DNA of 64,000 nt. Origin: an uncultured Eubacterium sp. GTDB lineage: Bacteria > Bacillota > Clostridia > Lachnospirales > Lachnospiraceae. A program made the translations under genes and the position numbers. Shown piece after piece: positions 38,752 through 48,780 of the stretch. How positions within the stretch are numbered: position 1 is the stretch's first letter; each line of letters opens with the position of its first letter. The stretch is taken from assembly GCA_910578975.1 (NCBI GenBank), contig CAJTRZ010000011.1, positions 8,252 through 72,251 of the forward strand, in the 5' to 3' direction. The notes beneath the pieces are model-generated. The model was not told the origin of the DNA and did no database searches. It was given only the letters and a program-made list of their open reading frames with translations.

Positions 38752-41037
38752 TTACTTGTCTGCCTTAATTTCTGCTGTTTTGAAAACAAACTTTACACTG
38801 CCTGTCATATTTTCATTTATTCCTGAAAATGATTGATACGATTTTCCGTTATTTAAAATCTCTTCTACCGCATCAATAACATCCTTTGTATCATTACCGA
38901 AAATATCTGCAATCTTGCTGATACCATCTTTGTTCAGCTTTATCACACCATTTTTTAATGTCTTTGTTCCATCAAATAAATTTGCAATTCCAGAACCAAG
39001 AGTTCCTGTTCCCTTAGCCAAAGTCTTTGCACCTTCACTAATTTTTCCTGCTCCTGAATCTACTGTTCGAATACCGGCTTTAACTTGTGGACTGGCTTTA
39101 CCAAGTTTTTTATTCATTTCACGTGTTCCGTCAGTTAAAGATTTCATTCCGTCATTTAATGTATCTGCTCCTGCCTTTAATTTTCCTGTTCCATCTGACA
39201 ATGATTTTGCACCACCAGATAAGTTCTTTGTTCCCTCTGCCATCTGTCCTGTACCAGAAACTAATGTTCCTGCTCCTGTATTTAATGTTTTTATTCCTGC
39301 ATAAAGCGTTCCAATACCTGTATTCAGACTTGAAGTTCCATTTTCCAAAGCTGTCATTCCCTCTAACAGCGCTTTCATTTCTGCTTCCTTGCCTGCAATC
39401 TGTGTCTCAAAAGCAGCTTTTACATTTTCTAACGTCTGAACGCTATAATATGCCTGCACCAACTGATAATACACTTTTGTATTTAACCCCTTTGCCTGGA
39501 GAACAGCACTCAGTTCCATGCCATTATTAACTGCTGCGTTGATTCCCTCTACTGTCTGATTTAATGCGTTCTTACTTGATATAGCTCCACCAGTGGCACT
39601 TCCAACCTGTTTGATAACATCATTCATCTGTGCATGTATTGAATCCGGTGTCCCCTGTAATGTTCCAGCCAGTTCCTTTACGCCTGCATTTGCCGCTTTT
39701 GCCCCCTGCACCAATGCCTTTGCACCGTTATTAAGTCCCTGGCTTTTCACGTTTCCATTACTATCTTTTACATCTTCAAACGCAGCCTGAGCTGTTTTTA
39801 ATCCTGTAGATAAAGAACCGGCGCCTTCATTTATCTTTGCTGCTGCACTGTTTAACTCTTTTGCTCCACTGTTTAAACTTTTTGCTCCACTATCCAACTG
39901 TTTTGATGCTGATTTTACATTCTGTGTACCTTTATATAACTTCTGTGCACCTTTATCTGCTGACTGTACGCCATTTATTAATGCTTTGTTAAATGTTTCA
40001 TAACTGCCTAATAATTTAGTCGTTCCTAAATATAAATCTGCTGTATATTTTGCAATATCTTTTGCACCATCATTGATTTTTATAGAACCACTCTTTAATT
40101 CTCCTGCACCGTTCTGAAGGTCTCCTGCACCTTTTTCTAATTGGTTCGTCCCATCTGTTAATTCAGCCATCTTACCTTCTATATCTGAAAAATCTAACGC
40201 CTCTTCTAAATTCATATCACCGATTTCTGATGTTGCAATCGTAAGTGCCATATTCATTTCAAAATCTTTGACATCTGCTGTAATTGTAAAAGATTCTGGA
40301 ATATCTATATCTTTCATTAACTCTCCTGCTTTACTCGCCTTTGCAGTCAGACTATCTTTAAATCCCGGAGCTCCATATCCTATGACAATAGATGAATCAT
40401 CGTAATCAATCACTTTTCCATTTTCTACTTTTACATTTGTAAAGTTATCGCTAAGAACGATTCCTGTCAGTGCAATAAACGGAACAAACCCGCCCTCACT
40501 AGCTGAATTGTTCATATAATCATAGACAATTTTTACTGTCCCGCTTTTTCCTGCCATCTGCTCCGGTGCAGTCTCTTCTCCGTCAAGATAATAACTTACA
40601 TTAATCTTAACAGGAGTTTCTTTAGATGTTGTTCCCTGATAAGAAATATCCTCTCCACGGTTTTCCCATATTAGCTTTCCATTGTCAAAAGTAAACTTTT
40701 CATCACCCTTTAAATTTTTTATATTGTCAAGATCTGACACATCACTAATATTATCTTTATCTGAAACTTTTAACACATTGCTGACCGTTGTCTTTGCCAC
40801 TGTTCCATCTGCATTCATTTCAACAAATACAGTTTCTTTCTTTTCTGTATCTACACCATCTCCAATTTTACTATTCAACAACGCTTCCATCCTGTTTACA
40901 CTTACTGTCGCCTCTGCTGCTTCCTTTTTGCCAAAGTTCTTTTTCTCTGTATAAGAACTTTCACAGCCAGCCAGACACCATGCTGACATTGTCATTACTA
41001 AAACTAAACTGATTCCCTTATGAACATATTTCTTCAT
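38752..41037 (-). CDS. Lipoprotein with X-X-X-Leu-X-X-Gly heptad repeats (YhgE/Pip-like ectodomain)
   Basis: Lipobox LAGC after a signal peptide. Long arrays of the form GAxxLxxGAxxLxxG (for example LEKGAGDLQNGAGELKSGS, LDSGAKSLNSGAKELNSAA). No C-terminal TM domain. Confidence 0.7.
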   Translation of the reverse strand: MKKYVHKGISLVLVMTMSAWCLAGCESSYTEKKNFGKKEAAEATVSVNRMEALLNSKIGDGVDTEKKETVFVEMNADGTVAKTTVSNVLKVSDKDNISDVSDLDNIKNLKGDEKFTFDNGKLIWENRGEDISYQGTTSKETPVKINVSYYLDGEETAPEQMAGKSGTVKIVYDYMNNSASEGGFVPFIALTGIVLSDNFTNVKVENGKVIDYDDSSIVIGYGAPGFKDSLTAKASKAGELMKDIDIPESFTITADVKDFEMNMALTIATSEIGDMNLEEALDFSDIEGKMAELTDGTNQLEKGAGDLQNGAGELKSGSIKINDGAKDIAKYTADLYLGTTKLLGSYETFNKALINGVQSADKGAQKLYKGTQNVKSASKQLDSGAKSLNSGAKELNSAAAKINEGAGSLSTGLKTAQAAFEDVKDSNGNVKSQGLNNGAKALVQGAKAANAGVKELAGTLQGTPDSIHAQMNDVIKQVGSATGGAISSKNALNQTVEGINAAVNNGMELSAVLQAKGLNTKVYYQLVQAYYSVQTLENVKAAFETQIAGKEAEMKALLEGMTALENGTSSLNTGIGTLYAGIKTLNTGAGTLVSGTGQMAEGTKNLSGGAKSLSDGTGKLKAGADTLNDGMKSLTDGTREMNKKLGKASPQVKAGIRTVDSGAGKISEGAKTLAKGTGTLGSGIANLFDGTKTLKNGVIKLNKDGISKIADIFGNDTKDVIDAVEEILNNGKSYQSFSGINENMTGSVKFVFKTAEIKADK

Positions 41038-41095
41038 AACAAAATAATCTCCTTTTATTTTTTTCTACAATACAGTATACATTAGTAATAAAAAA

Positions 41096-41160
41096 AAGCA
41101 TTATACATTTTTATACAAGGGCTTGTTTTTTTTACACTTGTATAAAATTGTATAATGCTT
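41096..41160. other. Near-perfect 24-bp inverted repeat (17-nt spacer) between the TetR gene and the lipoprotein gene: terminator and/or operator
   Basis: aagcattatacatttttatacaag (41096-41119) against cttgtataaaattgtataatgctt (41137-41160), 23 of 24 complementary. On the minus strand it is followed by T8. Confidence 0.7.
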
Positions 41161-41254
41161 TTCTATTTTGTATGACATTTATATGTTTTCTTTGTTTGTA
41201 CAAAAAACATATATTTTCCAATAAAAGTATTCTTTTCAAACACTTGGCTGTATT

Positions 41255-41833
41255 TTACTTTTGTCCTTCTTTTTTACGGTGCATATAGATTTCGTATCCC
41301 AGTTCTTCATTTTTGAGAATAATATGTTGAAGCAATATTGCCAGTTCCTCTTCCTTCTCTTTCATACCTTTCAATGCCCAGTCAACAATCATACCTGTCA
41401 GACCATATGCAAAAAATCCAGCATAAATATCCTGCTCTTTTTCGCTTAAACGACTATATAATTCCAAATCTGCAATGGCTTTTTTAAACAACTTTGCAAA
41501 TATTTTATTGCTGTATTCAGCAAAAAAGTTATTTGAAGATTTAATTGTATTCATAAAAAAAGATTTCTGCTGTTTCATATATTTAAACAACTCTACTAAC
41601 TTTTCAACCCAGTTTTCAAACGTTAAGTCTTCCGTAAGCGGAATAAATAAATCCTGATTATAAATCCAGCTAAGTAACTCATATTTATCATTAAAATGAT
41701 AATAGAAAGTCTGTCTGTTCACACCGCAATAATCTGTTATATCAGCTACAGTAATTTTATCTAGTATTTTTATAGCACCTAATTCTTTTAAACTTTGTGC
41801 CAACGCTTTTTTTGTTATATTGGAATTAGCCAT
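41255..41833 (-). CDS. TetR/AcrR family transcriptional regulator
   Basis: N-terminal HTH KITVADITDYCGVNRQTFYYHFNDKYELL. 192 aa. RBS AGGAGG upstream. Confidence 0.9.
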   Translation of the reverse strand: MANSNITKKALAQSLKELGAIKILDKITVADITDYCGVNRQTFYYHFNDKYELLSWIYNQDLFIPLTEDLTFENWVEKLVELFKYMKQQKSFFMNTIKSSNNFFAEYSNKIFAKLFKKAIADLELYSRLSEKEQDIYAGFFAYGLTGMIVDWALKGMKEKEEELAILLQHIILKNEELGYEIYMHRKKEGQK

Positions 41834-41982
41834 AATATCCTCCTGCTACGAATATTCATTTTGTTTACATTAGTTATATTTTTTTACATTTGTATAAATA
41901 TCGTATAGGTGTAATATAACAAAAACTTATTTTAAAATCAACAAAAATATAGCAGAGTTTCTGAACCCTGCCATATTTTCAT

Positions 41983-42786
41983 TTACAATATGTATTTTTC
42001 AATTACCTTGGCGATACCATCTTCATTATTCGACAATGTTATATAATCGGCTGCGCTTTTTACTGCATCTACTGCATTTGCCATTGCCACACCAACCCCT
42101 GCATACTGAATCATTGACAAATCATTAAATCCATCACCGCAGGCTATAATATTTTCTCTGGAAATTCCTAATTTGGATGTTAAAACCTTAATAGATGCCG
42201 CTTTATCAATCCCTTTAGGAACCACTTCTATAAAATAATCACAAGAACGGTAAATTCCAAGTTCATGTCCAAACTTATCTGCTAAAATTTTCTCATGATA
42301 TTCTGATAGTTCCGGTTCAACGGTAAAAAGACATTTGTTCGGATTATAGTTTACATATTTCACTACATCTGTCATATATGCAGGAATTTTATTGATAAAC
42401 ATAGCCTCCATTGCAATATATTTATCCATTCTTGTAGCTACTAAAGCATGATTTGCATCATAAGTTATCAATCCTAAATTATTCTGTCTGGCATATCTAA
42501 GTAGTTCCGGAATATATTTTCTATCCATTACATTTTCAAAAACCGTTTCCTTTGTTTTCCAGTTAATAATCTTACCACCATTAAAAGACAATATGTATCC
42601 ACCATACTTTTCTAATTCCAGTTCTTTTGCCACAGGCAACATTCCCGGCGTCGGACGTCCTGATGCCAAAGCTACAATATGTCCCTGTTTCTGAATTTCC
42701 ATCAAAGCCTCCTTCGTCTTTGGTGTTATCTTTTTTTCATCATTGGTAAGTGTTCCATCTAAGTCTAAAAAAATTATTTTCTGCAT
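41983..42786 (-). CDS. Cof-type HAD-IIB family hydrolase (sugar phosphatase-like)
   Basis: IIFLDLDGTL, SGRP, GDGFNDLSM. Confidence 0.9.
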   Translation of the reverse strand: MQKIIFLDLDGTLTNDEKKITPKTKEALMEIQKQGHIVALASGRPTPGMLPVAKELELEKYGGYILSFNGGKIINWKTKETVFENVMDRKYIPELLRYARQNNLGLITYDANHALVATRMDKYIAMEAMFINKIPAYMTDVVKYVNYNPNKCLFTVEPELSEYHEKILADKFGHELGIYRSCDYFIEVVPKGIDKAASIKVLTSKLGISRENIIACGDGFNDLSMIQYAGVGVAMANAVDAVKSAADYITLSNNEDGIAKVIEKYIL

Positions 42787-42798
42787 ATGTATTTCCTT

Positions 42799-43209
42799 TT
42801 ATTTTTCCTTTGTATTGATTTCTTTTCCAAATACGATAAATCGATCATATAGATATTCTGTAACAAAATTAAGCAACATATTAAACACTGTTACCAAATA
42901 ATCATTCCATCCTAATGTTTCTACAAGATAACTCCCACCGATAGTTGTCACCGGTGTAAATATCAGATAAAAAACCGCCACTTTCATCATTGCTATTGGA
43001 ATGTTGTTTGCTGCCTTAAAAGTAAATTCACGATTTAATGTAAAATTCCACAAAATTGACAATACCAGTGCAGTCAAATATCGTGGCCAGTACGGCAGTG
43101 ATGTCAATTCTGTAAGCAGAGTAAATGCTAAAATCTGTATTACTCCTGCTGAAATAGAGAATAATGTAAATTTAATTACCCTTATTGTTTCTTCTTTCTT
43201 TGCTGTCAT
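42799..43209 (-). CDS. GtrA family membrane protein
   Basis: 136 aa, 4 TM segments, KFTLFS..GVIQ and NREFTF motifs typical of GtrA-like proteins. Confidence 0.8.
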   Translation of the reverse strand: MTAKKEETIRVIKFTLFSISAGVIQILAFTLLTELTSLPYWPRYLTALVLSILWNFTLNREFTFKAANNIPIAMMKVAVFYLIFTPVTTIGGSYLVETLGWNDYLVTVFNMLLNFVTEYLYDRFIVFGKEINTKEK

Positions 43210-43257
43210 TTGTTCCTCCTCTAAAATTATTAATGTATATTTTATCCATGTATCAAG

Positions 43258-43830
43258 TTAAGTATGAAACCGGCGACGCAGTTCCCTCACAAAGTCATTG
43301 CCAAGTGTCACTACACATGCTGATAATAAAAGTAGTGCGCTACCTCCCATCACAGCCAATGCCCATCTACTTTCTTCATGCCATACACAAAGACCAATAG
43401 CAGCTCCCACTATGGCAAAAATAATCAACAATAACATTGGCAGCATGTTCTGCTTCTGCCTTTCAATATCTGTAAAAAACATCAATCCCGAAACGACAAG
43501 TCCACAAAAACACACTATAGGAACTACTTCAATTGCCCAGCCGGGTGCAAGAAAAACATCAATCAATGTTAAAAGTATGCTTGTACATATTATGGTTTTA
43601 ATAAACTGACTAATGCGGTTATACTCTACCAGATCAGGAGATAAAATTAACGTCCATACTGTATATAGCGACATTAAAACAACGATACTCCATGCACTTC
43701 CACCTGTTACTATATTCACAATAGGACAAATAACCGTCGCAACAAAAAACAACCACCTTATCGTACTGAAGAACTTCTGACGTTTTAATTTTCGTTTTTC
43801 TACATATGGATATGTTATTTTAATTTTCAT
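43258..43830 (-). CDS. Polytopic membrane protein of unknown function
   Basis: 5-6 hydrophobic segments. The start overlaps the stop of the upstream acyltransferase-like gene by 11 nt. Confidence 0.6.
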   Translation of the reverse strand: MKIKITYPYVEKRKLKRQKFFSTIRWLFFVATVICPIVNIVTGGSAWSIVVLMSLYTVWTLILSPDLVEYNRISQFIKTIICTSILLTLIDVFLAPGWAIEVVPIVCFCGLVVSGLMFFTDIERQKQNMLPMLLLIIFAIVGAAIGLCVWHEESRWALAVMGGSALLLLSACVVTLGNDFVRELRRRFHT

Positions 43831-45316
43831 AGTTCTCGCTCCCTTCTACCGTCACTTCCACTCCGTCAGCCTGCAGTAAATCATACATTTTCTCTTCAAA
43901 AGAAGGATCTACTGTCATCTTTGCGATAGAGAAAGTCGTTATACTATCAAAAGTTACCACAGAACATCCGGCACGATTAGTGATAGCTGTACCTAAAATA
44001 AAATCCATACTTTCAATGTGTTTTGAAATAGAAGAAGGCATTTCGACACCCCCCAAATTAGAAAGCGTATTCGTAAATATTTTGTCTCCCAAAAATCCGT
44101 AAATTACTTTTGCAACAGGCTGCTTCACTACAAGTGGAACATATTTCAACATATTCACCATTTTTTCAGTTGATGTAAGCATCTCATTCATTGCTTCTTT
44201 CGATGCTTTTTTATGTAACTGCTCATTAATTTCATCTATCATAGACGGAGCATCACCAATTTTGTTTATTGGTATCCGAATTCCACAATACATTGAAAAG
44301 TTACGAACAGTTTTTGATGGATAAAACTTGCGCATATTGACCGGAACCTGAATATTCATATCTCCTGATAACTCATCCGTTGCAGCTTTTCCTGCAAGAA
44401 ACATAATCATCAATAAATAACCGGTAACTGTTGTATTGTATTTTTTTGCCACACCTTTTAGTTCCAATGTATTCATTTTCAGATGTACAATACGGCAAGG
44501 TGTGTTTACTGCAAGCCTGCCACTCATCTGCACCGCAGATTTATCAATAAATCCGGAAGTTGTATCACTTTGCGGAACTTTGGCAAAAGTATTTTCAAAC
44601 TCTTCTACAGTTGGAGTATCGTTTGCCTCCCAAAGTGTATCATCTAACACAATCTCTGTCTCTGCCAACTTTAAATATTCTGCTACCAAAGTTTTCAGAA
44701 AAGTCATTCCGCCTGTTCCGTCCGTCAGCACATGAAAAAATTCTACACTGATACGATTGTTGTAATATAAAACACGAAATGACTGCGAACCACTGTATGA
44801 AACCTGAATCGGCTGACATGGAATATCATTTTCCTGTTCAATACAAAATCGTCTTTTTGCCGTATCCAGATAATGCCAGAAAAACCCTTTTTTCAACGTC
44901 GTCGCAAAACTTGGGAAGCGCTTTATTGTAAAGTTTAAAGCCATTTGTAACAGCTCTGGAACAACATCTTTTTTTAAATAAACTGACATCCGAAACATCG
45001 GCATCCTGCCGTGTTTCATTGACATTGGATAAATCTTTGCCGCATCATCAAGTGCAAACCACAATATGGGCGGCCTTGCATAAAATCCACCAAGAAATTT
45101 AATATCTAACCGTTCTAACGCCTTTTCCAAGGGTATCCCCACCGTCTCGTAATATAAAATTGCCTTTTCAAAATCCTCACGCAATGCCTTCTTTTCAGTA
45201 TTTTTCAAAAGACAATGCGTGTTAAATTCCTGAAAAAACTCTTTTAACATTACTATATTTTCATCTGACTGTTTTTCTATATATTGTTCAAAATAATTAT
45301 CCTGATTTTTTTTCAT
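43820..45316 (-). CDS. Condensation-domain / alcohol acyltransferase-like protein (HxxxDG superfamily)
   Basis: FFHVLTDGTGG matches the HHxxxDG active-site motif of the condensation / WS-DGAT / PapA5 acyltransferases. 498 aa, no carrier or adenylation domain. Confidence 0.65.
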   Translation of the reverse strand: MKKNQDNYFEQYIEKQSDENIVMLKEFFQEFNTHCLLKNTEKKALREDFEKAILYYETVGIPLEKALERLDIKFLGGFYARPPILWFALDDAAKIYPMSMKHGRMPMFRMSVYLKKDVVPELLQMALNFTIKRFPSFATTLKKGFFWHYLDTAKRRFCIEQENDIPCQPIQVSYSGSQSFRVLYYNNRISVEFFHVLTDGTGGMTFLKTLVAEYLKLAETEIVLDDTLWEANDTPTVEEFENTFAKVPQSDTTSGFIDKSAVQMSGRLAVNTPCRIVHLKMNTLELKGVAKKYNTTVTGYLLMIMFLAGKAATDELSGDMNIQVPVNMRKFYPSKTVRNFSMYCGIRIPINKIGDAPSMIDEINEQLHKKASKEAMNEMLTSTEKMVNMLKYVPLVVKQPVAKVIYGFLGDKIFTNTLSNLGGVEMPSSISKHIESMDFILGTAITNRAGCSVVTFDSITTFSIAKMTVDPSFEEKMYDLLQADGVEVTVEGSENYEN

Positions 45317-45341
45317 ATACTTATCCCTGAATTTTTTTATT

Positions 45342-46094
45342 TTAGTCCCACTCTAACTCAACAGGACAATGATCTGACCCTAATATTTCTGTGTGTATCG
45401 CTGCATCTTTCATTCTATCCTTAATATTTTCGGATACAATAAAATAGTCGATACGCCAACCTGCATTTTTTTCACGTGCCTTAAATCGGTATGACCACCA
45501 ACTATAAACACTTTCTGTATCTGGATAAAAATAACGAAAACTATCCACAAAACCACTGTTTAAAAGTTCTGTCATTTTCTCTCGTTCCTCGTCTGTAAAC
45601 CCTGCATTCTTTCTATTCGTCTTAGGATTCTTAAGATCTATTTCCTTATGTGCCACATTCATATCACCGCAGACAATGACCCCTTTCTTTTGCGCCAGAT
45701 GATTCAGATATTTTCGAAAATCATCCTCCCACTCCATACGATAATCCAGCCTTGCCAGTTCATTTTGGGAATTTGGAGTGTAAACCGTAATGAGGTAATA
45801 ATCTTCATATTCCAGTGTAATTACACGTCCCTCCTGATCATGCTTTTCAATTCCCATTCCATAGCTTACAGATATTGGTTTATGTTTTGTAAATATTGCT
45901 GTTCCAGAATATCCTTTTTTCACTGCATAATTCCAATACTGAGAATATCCGGGCAAATCCAACTCAATCTGACCTTCCTGTAACTTTGTCTCCTGTAAAC
46001 AAAAAAAATCAGCATCTAATTTTTCAAAATCTTCTAAGAAGTTTTTTCCTACGCAGGCACGTAGTCCATTCACATTCCATGATATAAATTTCAT
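45342..46094 (-). CDS. xth: Exodeoxyribonuclease III
   Basis: [32 protein letters not shown]. Confidence 0.95.
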   Translation of the reverse strand: MKFISWNVNGLRACVGKNFLEDFEKLDADFFCLQETKLQEGQIELDLPGYSQYWNYAVKKGYSGTAIFTKHKPISVSYGMGIEKHDQEGRVITLEYEDYYLITVYTPNSQNELARLDYRMEWEDDFRKYLNHLAQKKGVIVCGDMNVAHKEIDLKNPKTNRKNAGFTDEEREKMTELLNSGFVDSFRYFYPDTESVYSWWSYRFKAREKNAGWRIDYFIVSENIKDRMKDAAIHTEILGSDHCPVELEWD

Positions 46095-46096
46095 TC

Positions 46097-46858
46097 TTAA
46101 TCTCCATTCACTTTAATTTGTTCTATCATTTCTTCTGCAAAATCCAATAATATTTCTTTATTTTCATTTATTATTTCGTCTGTTTCATAGCATTGTAATG
46201 TACTCAAAATTAACCTTTTATACTTTTGATTCACATTTCTAATTGCCCATTTCCCGCCTTCCACTTTAGACAGACATAACCTTTCTTCCAAAAATGCTGC
46301 CACCCTGCACAAATTAAGTATAACATATACCGGGCTTATAAGAATATCTTCTTTCGCATTTTTTACATCTTCCCATATACTGTCTATATAGCATTCGTCC
46401 TGTACTTTTCCAAACACTTCTGCAATCTCTTTCCCATATAATACAATGCCATATTGATTTATTATCATAAAGTGCGCAGCAAGATCCTTATCGATTCCAT
46501 TCATCTTTTCTATGTACTCGTAAGGATTGTTTTTAAACCTTTGTAAATGTGCAATAGAAAAATGCAATTCAAATCTCGTAGGATACACAAAAGGCTTGCA
46601 GAATTCTTTCTTTACGATGCTGACTTCTATTCCTTTTGGAGGTGCCTGTTCATTCAACTTCACTACACTGTTCATAAAACTCATCTTCTGCTTTTCTGTC
46701 ATCTCATTTTCTATTACAACAATGATATCTATATCACTTTTATTAGGATTAAAACAGCCCATAGCCAGAGAGCCGTGGAGATACACACCTGTTAAATCAT
46801 CTGAAAATATATCCTTACACATATTTGTAAAATCATTTATTACATCTTGGTATAACAT
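46097..46858 (-). CDS. Aminoglycoside nucleotidyltransferase-like protein (ANT(3'')/ANT(9)-like fold)
   Basis: [28 protein letters not shown] parallels the AadA motif (GS..(x)n DxD). About 250 aa with a helical C-terminal domain. Confidence 0.7.
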   Translation of the reverse strand: MLYQDVINDFTNMCKDIFSDDLTGVYLHGSLAMGCFNPNKSDIDIIVVIENEMTEKQKMSFMNSVVKLNEQAPPKGIEVSIVKKEFCKPFVYPTRFELHFSIAHLQRFKNNPYEYIEKMNGIDKDLAAHFMIINQYGIVLYGKEIAEVFGKVQDECYIDSIWEDVKNAKEDILISPVYVILNLCRVAAFLEERLCLSKVEGGKWAIRNVNQKYKRLILSTLQCYETDEIINENKEILLDFAEEMIEQIKVNGD

Positions 46859-46897
46859 GAGTTTTCTTCCTTTTTTCCTATTTTTTGTTTATTAAAA

Positions 46898-47260
46898 TCA
46901 CATCGGTGTGCCAACTTCTATTAAATTTCCATCCGGGTCATAAAAGCGGACTACTTTCTGTCCCCATGAATGCTTCATCAAATGATTCACATAACAAATT
47001 GGTTCATCATAGTTTTCTAATTTTTCTACAAATCCTTCTATATCTTTCTCTTCAAAATAAAGTTCTGTAGAATTATTTTCCGGTATGACTTCCCTTTGTA
47101 TAAATTCTTGCCATATAGAAGCATCCTGCAATACCAACCCTTCTGTCAAAATCACGTTACCGTCATTATCTAAAATAACATCCAGTCCAAACAGGTCTTT
47201 ATAGAATTTCTTTGACTTCTCAATATCTTTTACGACAATTAACACATTTCTTAATTTCAT
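46898..47260 (-). CDS. VOC (glyoxalase/bleomycin-resistance/dioxygenase) family protein
   Basis: 120 aa. VKDIEKSKKFYKDLFGL and the C-terminal DPDGNLIEV are typical of the family. Confidence 0.8.
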   Translation of the reverse strand: MKLRNVLIVVKDIEKSKKFYKDLFGLDVILDNDGNVILTEGLVLQDASIWQEFIQREVIPENNSTELYFEEKDIEGFVEKLENYDEPICYVNHLMKHSWGQKVVRFYDPDGNLIEVGTPM

Positions 47261-47283
47261 TCTGTTCTCCTAATTATCCCTTT

Positions 47284-48768
47284 TTATGATCCTATCTCGA
47301 TAACACGTGTAGCAATATTTTTTACAAATGTTGAATCATGCTCTACAAAAATTAATGTAGGTTCATACTCCATAATCAACCGTTCTATTTGTATTTTTGA
47401 CAAAACGTCTATATAATTTAATGGTTCATCCCAGATATAAATATGTGCCTGTTTTCCTAAACTTGCAGCAAGCAGCACTTTCTTTTTCTGTCCTTCACTA
47501 TAGTTCTCTATCCTTTTATCAAACTGGTCTCTAGGAAAATCCAATTTCCTTAATATTGTCATAAATAACGTTTCATCAACCATACTTTCTCTGGCATATT
47601 CATGTAAAGTACCTGCAAGCCCCTCTGTAGACTGTGGAACAACTGAAATAATCAAACCTCCTGCATGAAAGATTTCTCCTGTATATTTTATATTTTCTCC
47701 ACAAATCAATTTTAGTACCGAGGATTTACCACATCCATTTTTACCCGTTAAAGCAATTCTTTCGTTCTGCATGACAGCAAAATTTACATCTTTGCAAACC
47801 TCTTTATCATCATAGGAGATTGCAATATTCGACAACTCTAGCAGCCTACTGCTATGATGATGTATCGGGCGCAATTCTAAATCAGAACAAACTTCAATAT
47901 CTTTTAGCAGCTTTGATTTTTCACGAATAGCCATCTGTTGACGTGACTCCAGACTCTTAGAGCGCTTCATCATCTTTGCAGCTTTATGACCTACATATCC
48001 CCTGTCTATTTTTGAACCAGAGTTCGTTGTTCCTTTTTTTGATTTTTCAACTCTGCCTGACCATTCTCCATTTTGCTTTGATGCCTCTGATAACCTCTTG
48101 ATATCTTTATTTAATTTTTCATTCTGCGCCAGTTCAAAATTATCCTGCTGCTCTTTATTTTGAAACCATGATGAAAAATTTCCTTTTTGAATCTCTATAT
48201 TCGTTTTATTAATTGACAAAACATGATCAATACATTCATCCAATAAAACTCTGTCATGTGATACAAGAATAAATCCTTTTTTCCTCTTTAAATACTTTTT
48301 TACAGAGTCACGGGCTACATAATCAAGATGATTCGTAGGCTCATCAATAAGTAAAAATGCATTTGAGGCTAAAAACAAAGCAGCAAGCAATACTTTTGTC
48401 TGCTCACCATTAGATAATGTTTCAAAAGGTCTGTACAGCACTTCATCCTCAACATCTAATTGCGCTAATTCACATGATATTTCCCATTCCATAACCTCTG
48501 GACATATTTCCCTGAGAATTTCCAAGGTTTCTCTGCTTTTATCATCCACATGATATGGAAAATATTCAAAATTCACACTAGAGTGGATTTTACCCTTATA
48601 TTCATATTTTCCTAATAACAAATTAAGAAATGTTGTTTTTCCACGTCCATTTCTTCCTATAAAACCAAGTTTCCAATTCGTATCAATTTGAAAACTGACA
48701 TCCTCAAAAACCATATCATAACTTCCATCATATCCAAATGATAATTTATTAACATCTATCAACGACAT
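47284..48768 (-). CDS. ABC-F ATPase resembling the Lsa-type ribosomal protection (ARE) subgroup
   Basis: 494 aa. It appears collinear, by eye, with my memory of Lsa(A): LSFGYD, DTNWKLGFIGRNGRGKTT, IDEPTNHLD, GFILVSHDR, FELAQNEKL, AKMMKRSKS, IYIWDEPLNYIDV. Confidence 0.8.
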   Translation of the reverse strand: MSLIDVNKLSFGYDGSYDMVFEDVSFQIDTNWKLGFIGRNGRGKTTFLNLLLGKYEYKGKIHSSVNFEYFPYHVDDKSRETLEILREICPEVMEWEISCELAQLDVEDEVLYRPFETLSNGEQTKVLLAALFLASNAFLLIDEPTNHLDYVARDSVKKYLKRKKGFILVSHDRVLLDECIDHVLSINKTNIEIQKGNFSSWFQNKEQQDNFELAQNEKLNKDIKRLSEASKQNGEWSGRVEKSKKGTTNSGSKIDRGYVGHKAAKMMKRSKSLESRQQMAIREKSKLLKDIEVCSDLELRPIHHHSSRLLELSNIAISYDDKEVCKDVNFAVMQNERIALTGKNGCGKSSVLKLICGENIKYTGEIFHAGGLIISVVPQSTEGLAGTLHEYARESMVDETLFMTILRKLDFPRDQFDKRIENYSEGQKKKVLLAASLGKQAHIYIWDEPLNYIDVLSKIQIERLIMEYEPTLIFVEHDSTFVKNIATRVIEIGS

Positions 48769-48780
48769 ATTATTTTCCTC

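Noticed and set aside
38915-39530. Two overlapping plus-strand ORFs (129 and 147 aa) inside the heptad-repeat lipoprotein gene
   Set aside because: They are generated by the repetitive GCx/xxT codon periodicity of the heptad repeats. The products are low-complexity (Pro/Phe/Leu-rich) and have no start context.
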